Source: Bdellovibrionales bacterium
Lineage (GTDB): Bacteria; Bdellovibrionota; Bdellovibrionia; Bdellovibrionales; UBA1609
Assembly: GCA_965219095.1 (NCBI GenBank)
Contig: CBDCMT010000001.1
Coordinates: 1,408,001 to 1,472,000, forward strand
DNA: 64,000 bases
Direction: 5' to 3'
The notes below the pieces were generated by a model. The model was not told the DNA's origin and did no database searches. It saw only the letters and a list, made by a program, of their open reading frames with translations. How positions within the stretch are numbered: position 1 is the first letter of the stretch; the number at the start of each line of letters is the position of its first letter. Made by a program: the position numbers and the translations under genes. This document shows positions 63,656 to 64,000 of this stretch, one piece after another.

Positions 63656-64000
63656 GTAACTGCTCACTCTCGTAAGTTTTTATTTAAAGCCATAGAGATG
63701 GCTTCTAAAGAAGAATACCCTTTATTTCTCATTGTTTTAACATAGCTGGTAATGCGACAAAAATATTTCGCCATTTCTTCTGTTCTGAAACACCCTGACA
63801 CTTTCTTTTTCACCTTAGTCATTCTTAGATCTCTTTCAGCTCTGTTATTAGTAGGATCTACGTTCTTTCTTTTAGAAAAACACAGTATTTCTGCTTCATA
63901 CTTTTTAAATCGCAGCCAAAGGTTTTGAGCTTGTGTATGCTTTATTCGTCCTTTCTTGCCATTTTTCTTAGGAAATTCTGGAAGCTCTTTTAAGCCTTTT
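63656..64000 (-). mobile_element. 3' end of another ISBst12-like IS66 copy (runs off the window)
   Basis: GTAACTGCTCACTCTCG end; matches about 21465-21808 in reverse. Confidence 0.92.

Overview
AT-rich bacterial chromosome segment. Its gene neighbourhoods (prmC-TPR-serS; grpE-LppC-lon-patatin; acyl-CoA carboxylase-asnS; PEGA Ser/Thr kinase) suggest a Bdellovibrionota/deltaproteobacteria-like organism, which is inference only. Intact housekeeping blocks (serS, tolQRAB, lon, grpE, tatC, carboxylase, asnS, punA, deoC) alternate with dense clusters of nested or decayed insertion sequences (IS630 of several types, IS66 of two types, ISL3, IS5, IS1634, IS110, IS982 and two MITEs), roughly a third of the window by my coordinate tally. 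Best candidate systems: (1) a bufferin-like MNIO RiPP operon at 28940-31343 (YceI, DUF2282-like four-Cys precursor with a C-terminal extension, fused DUF692-DUF2063 enzyme, no DoxX); (2) an IS-split dlt-like acylation set (SGNH protein, MBOAT, adenylation-ACP fusion, GNAT) at 52833-62965; (3) an exported 8-bladed propeller of near-identical 129-bp repeats with variation focused on three positions; (4) two exported-protein genes that appear to start at ATA; (5) an orphan shortened FliF. No rRNA, tRNA or CRISPR array was recognised. Family assignments come from motif recognition by eye, with no database searches.
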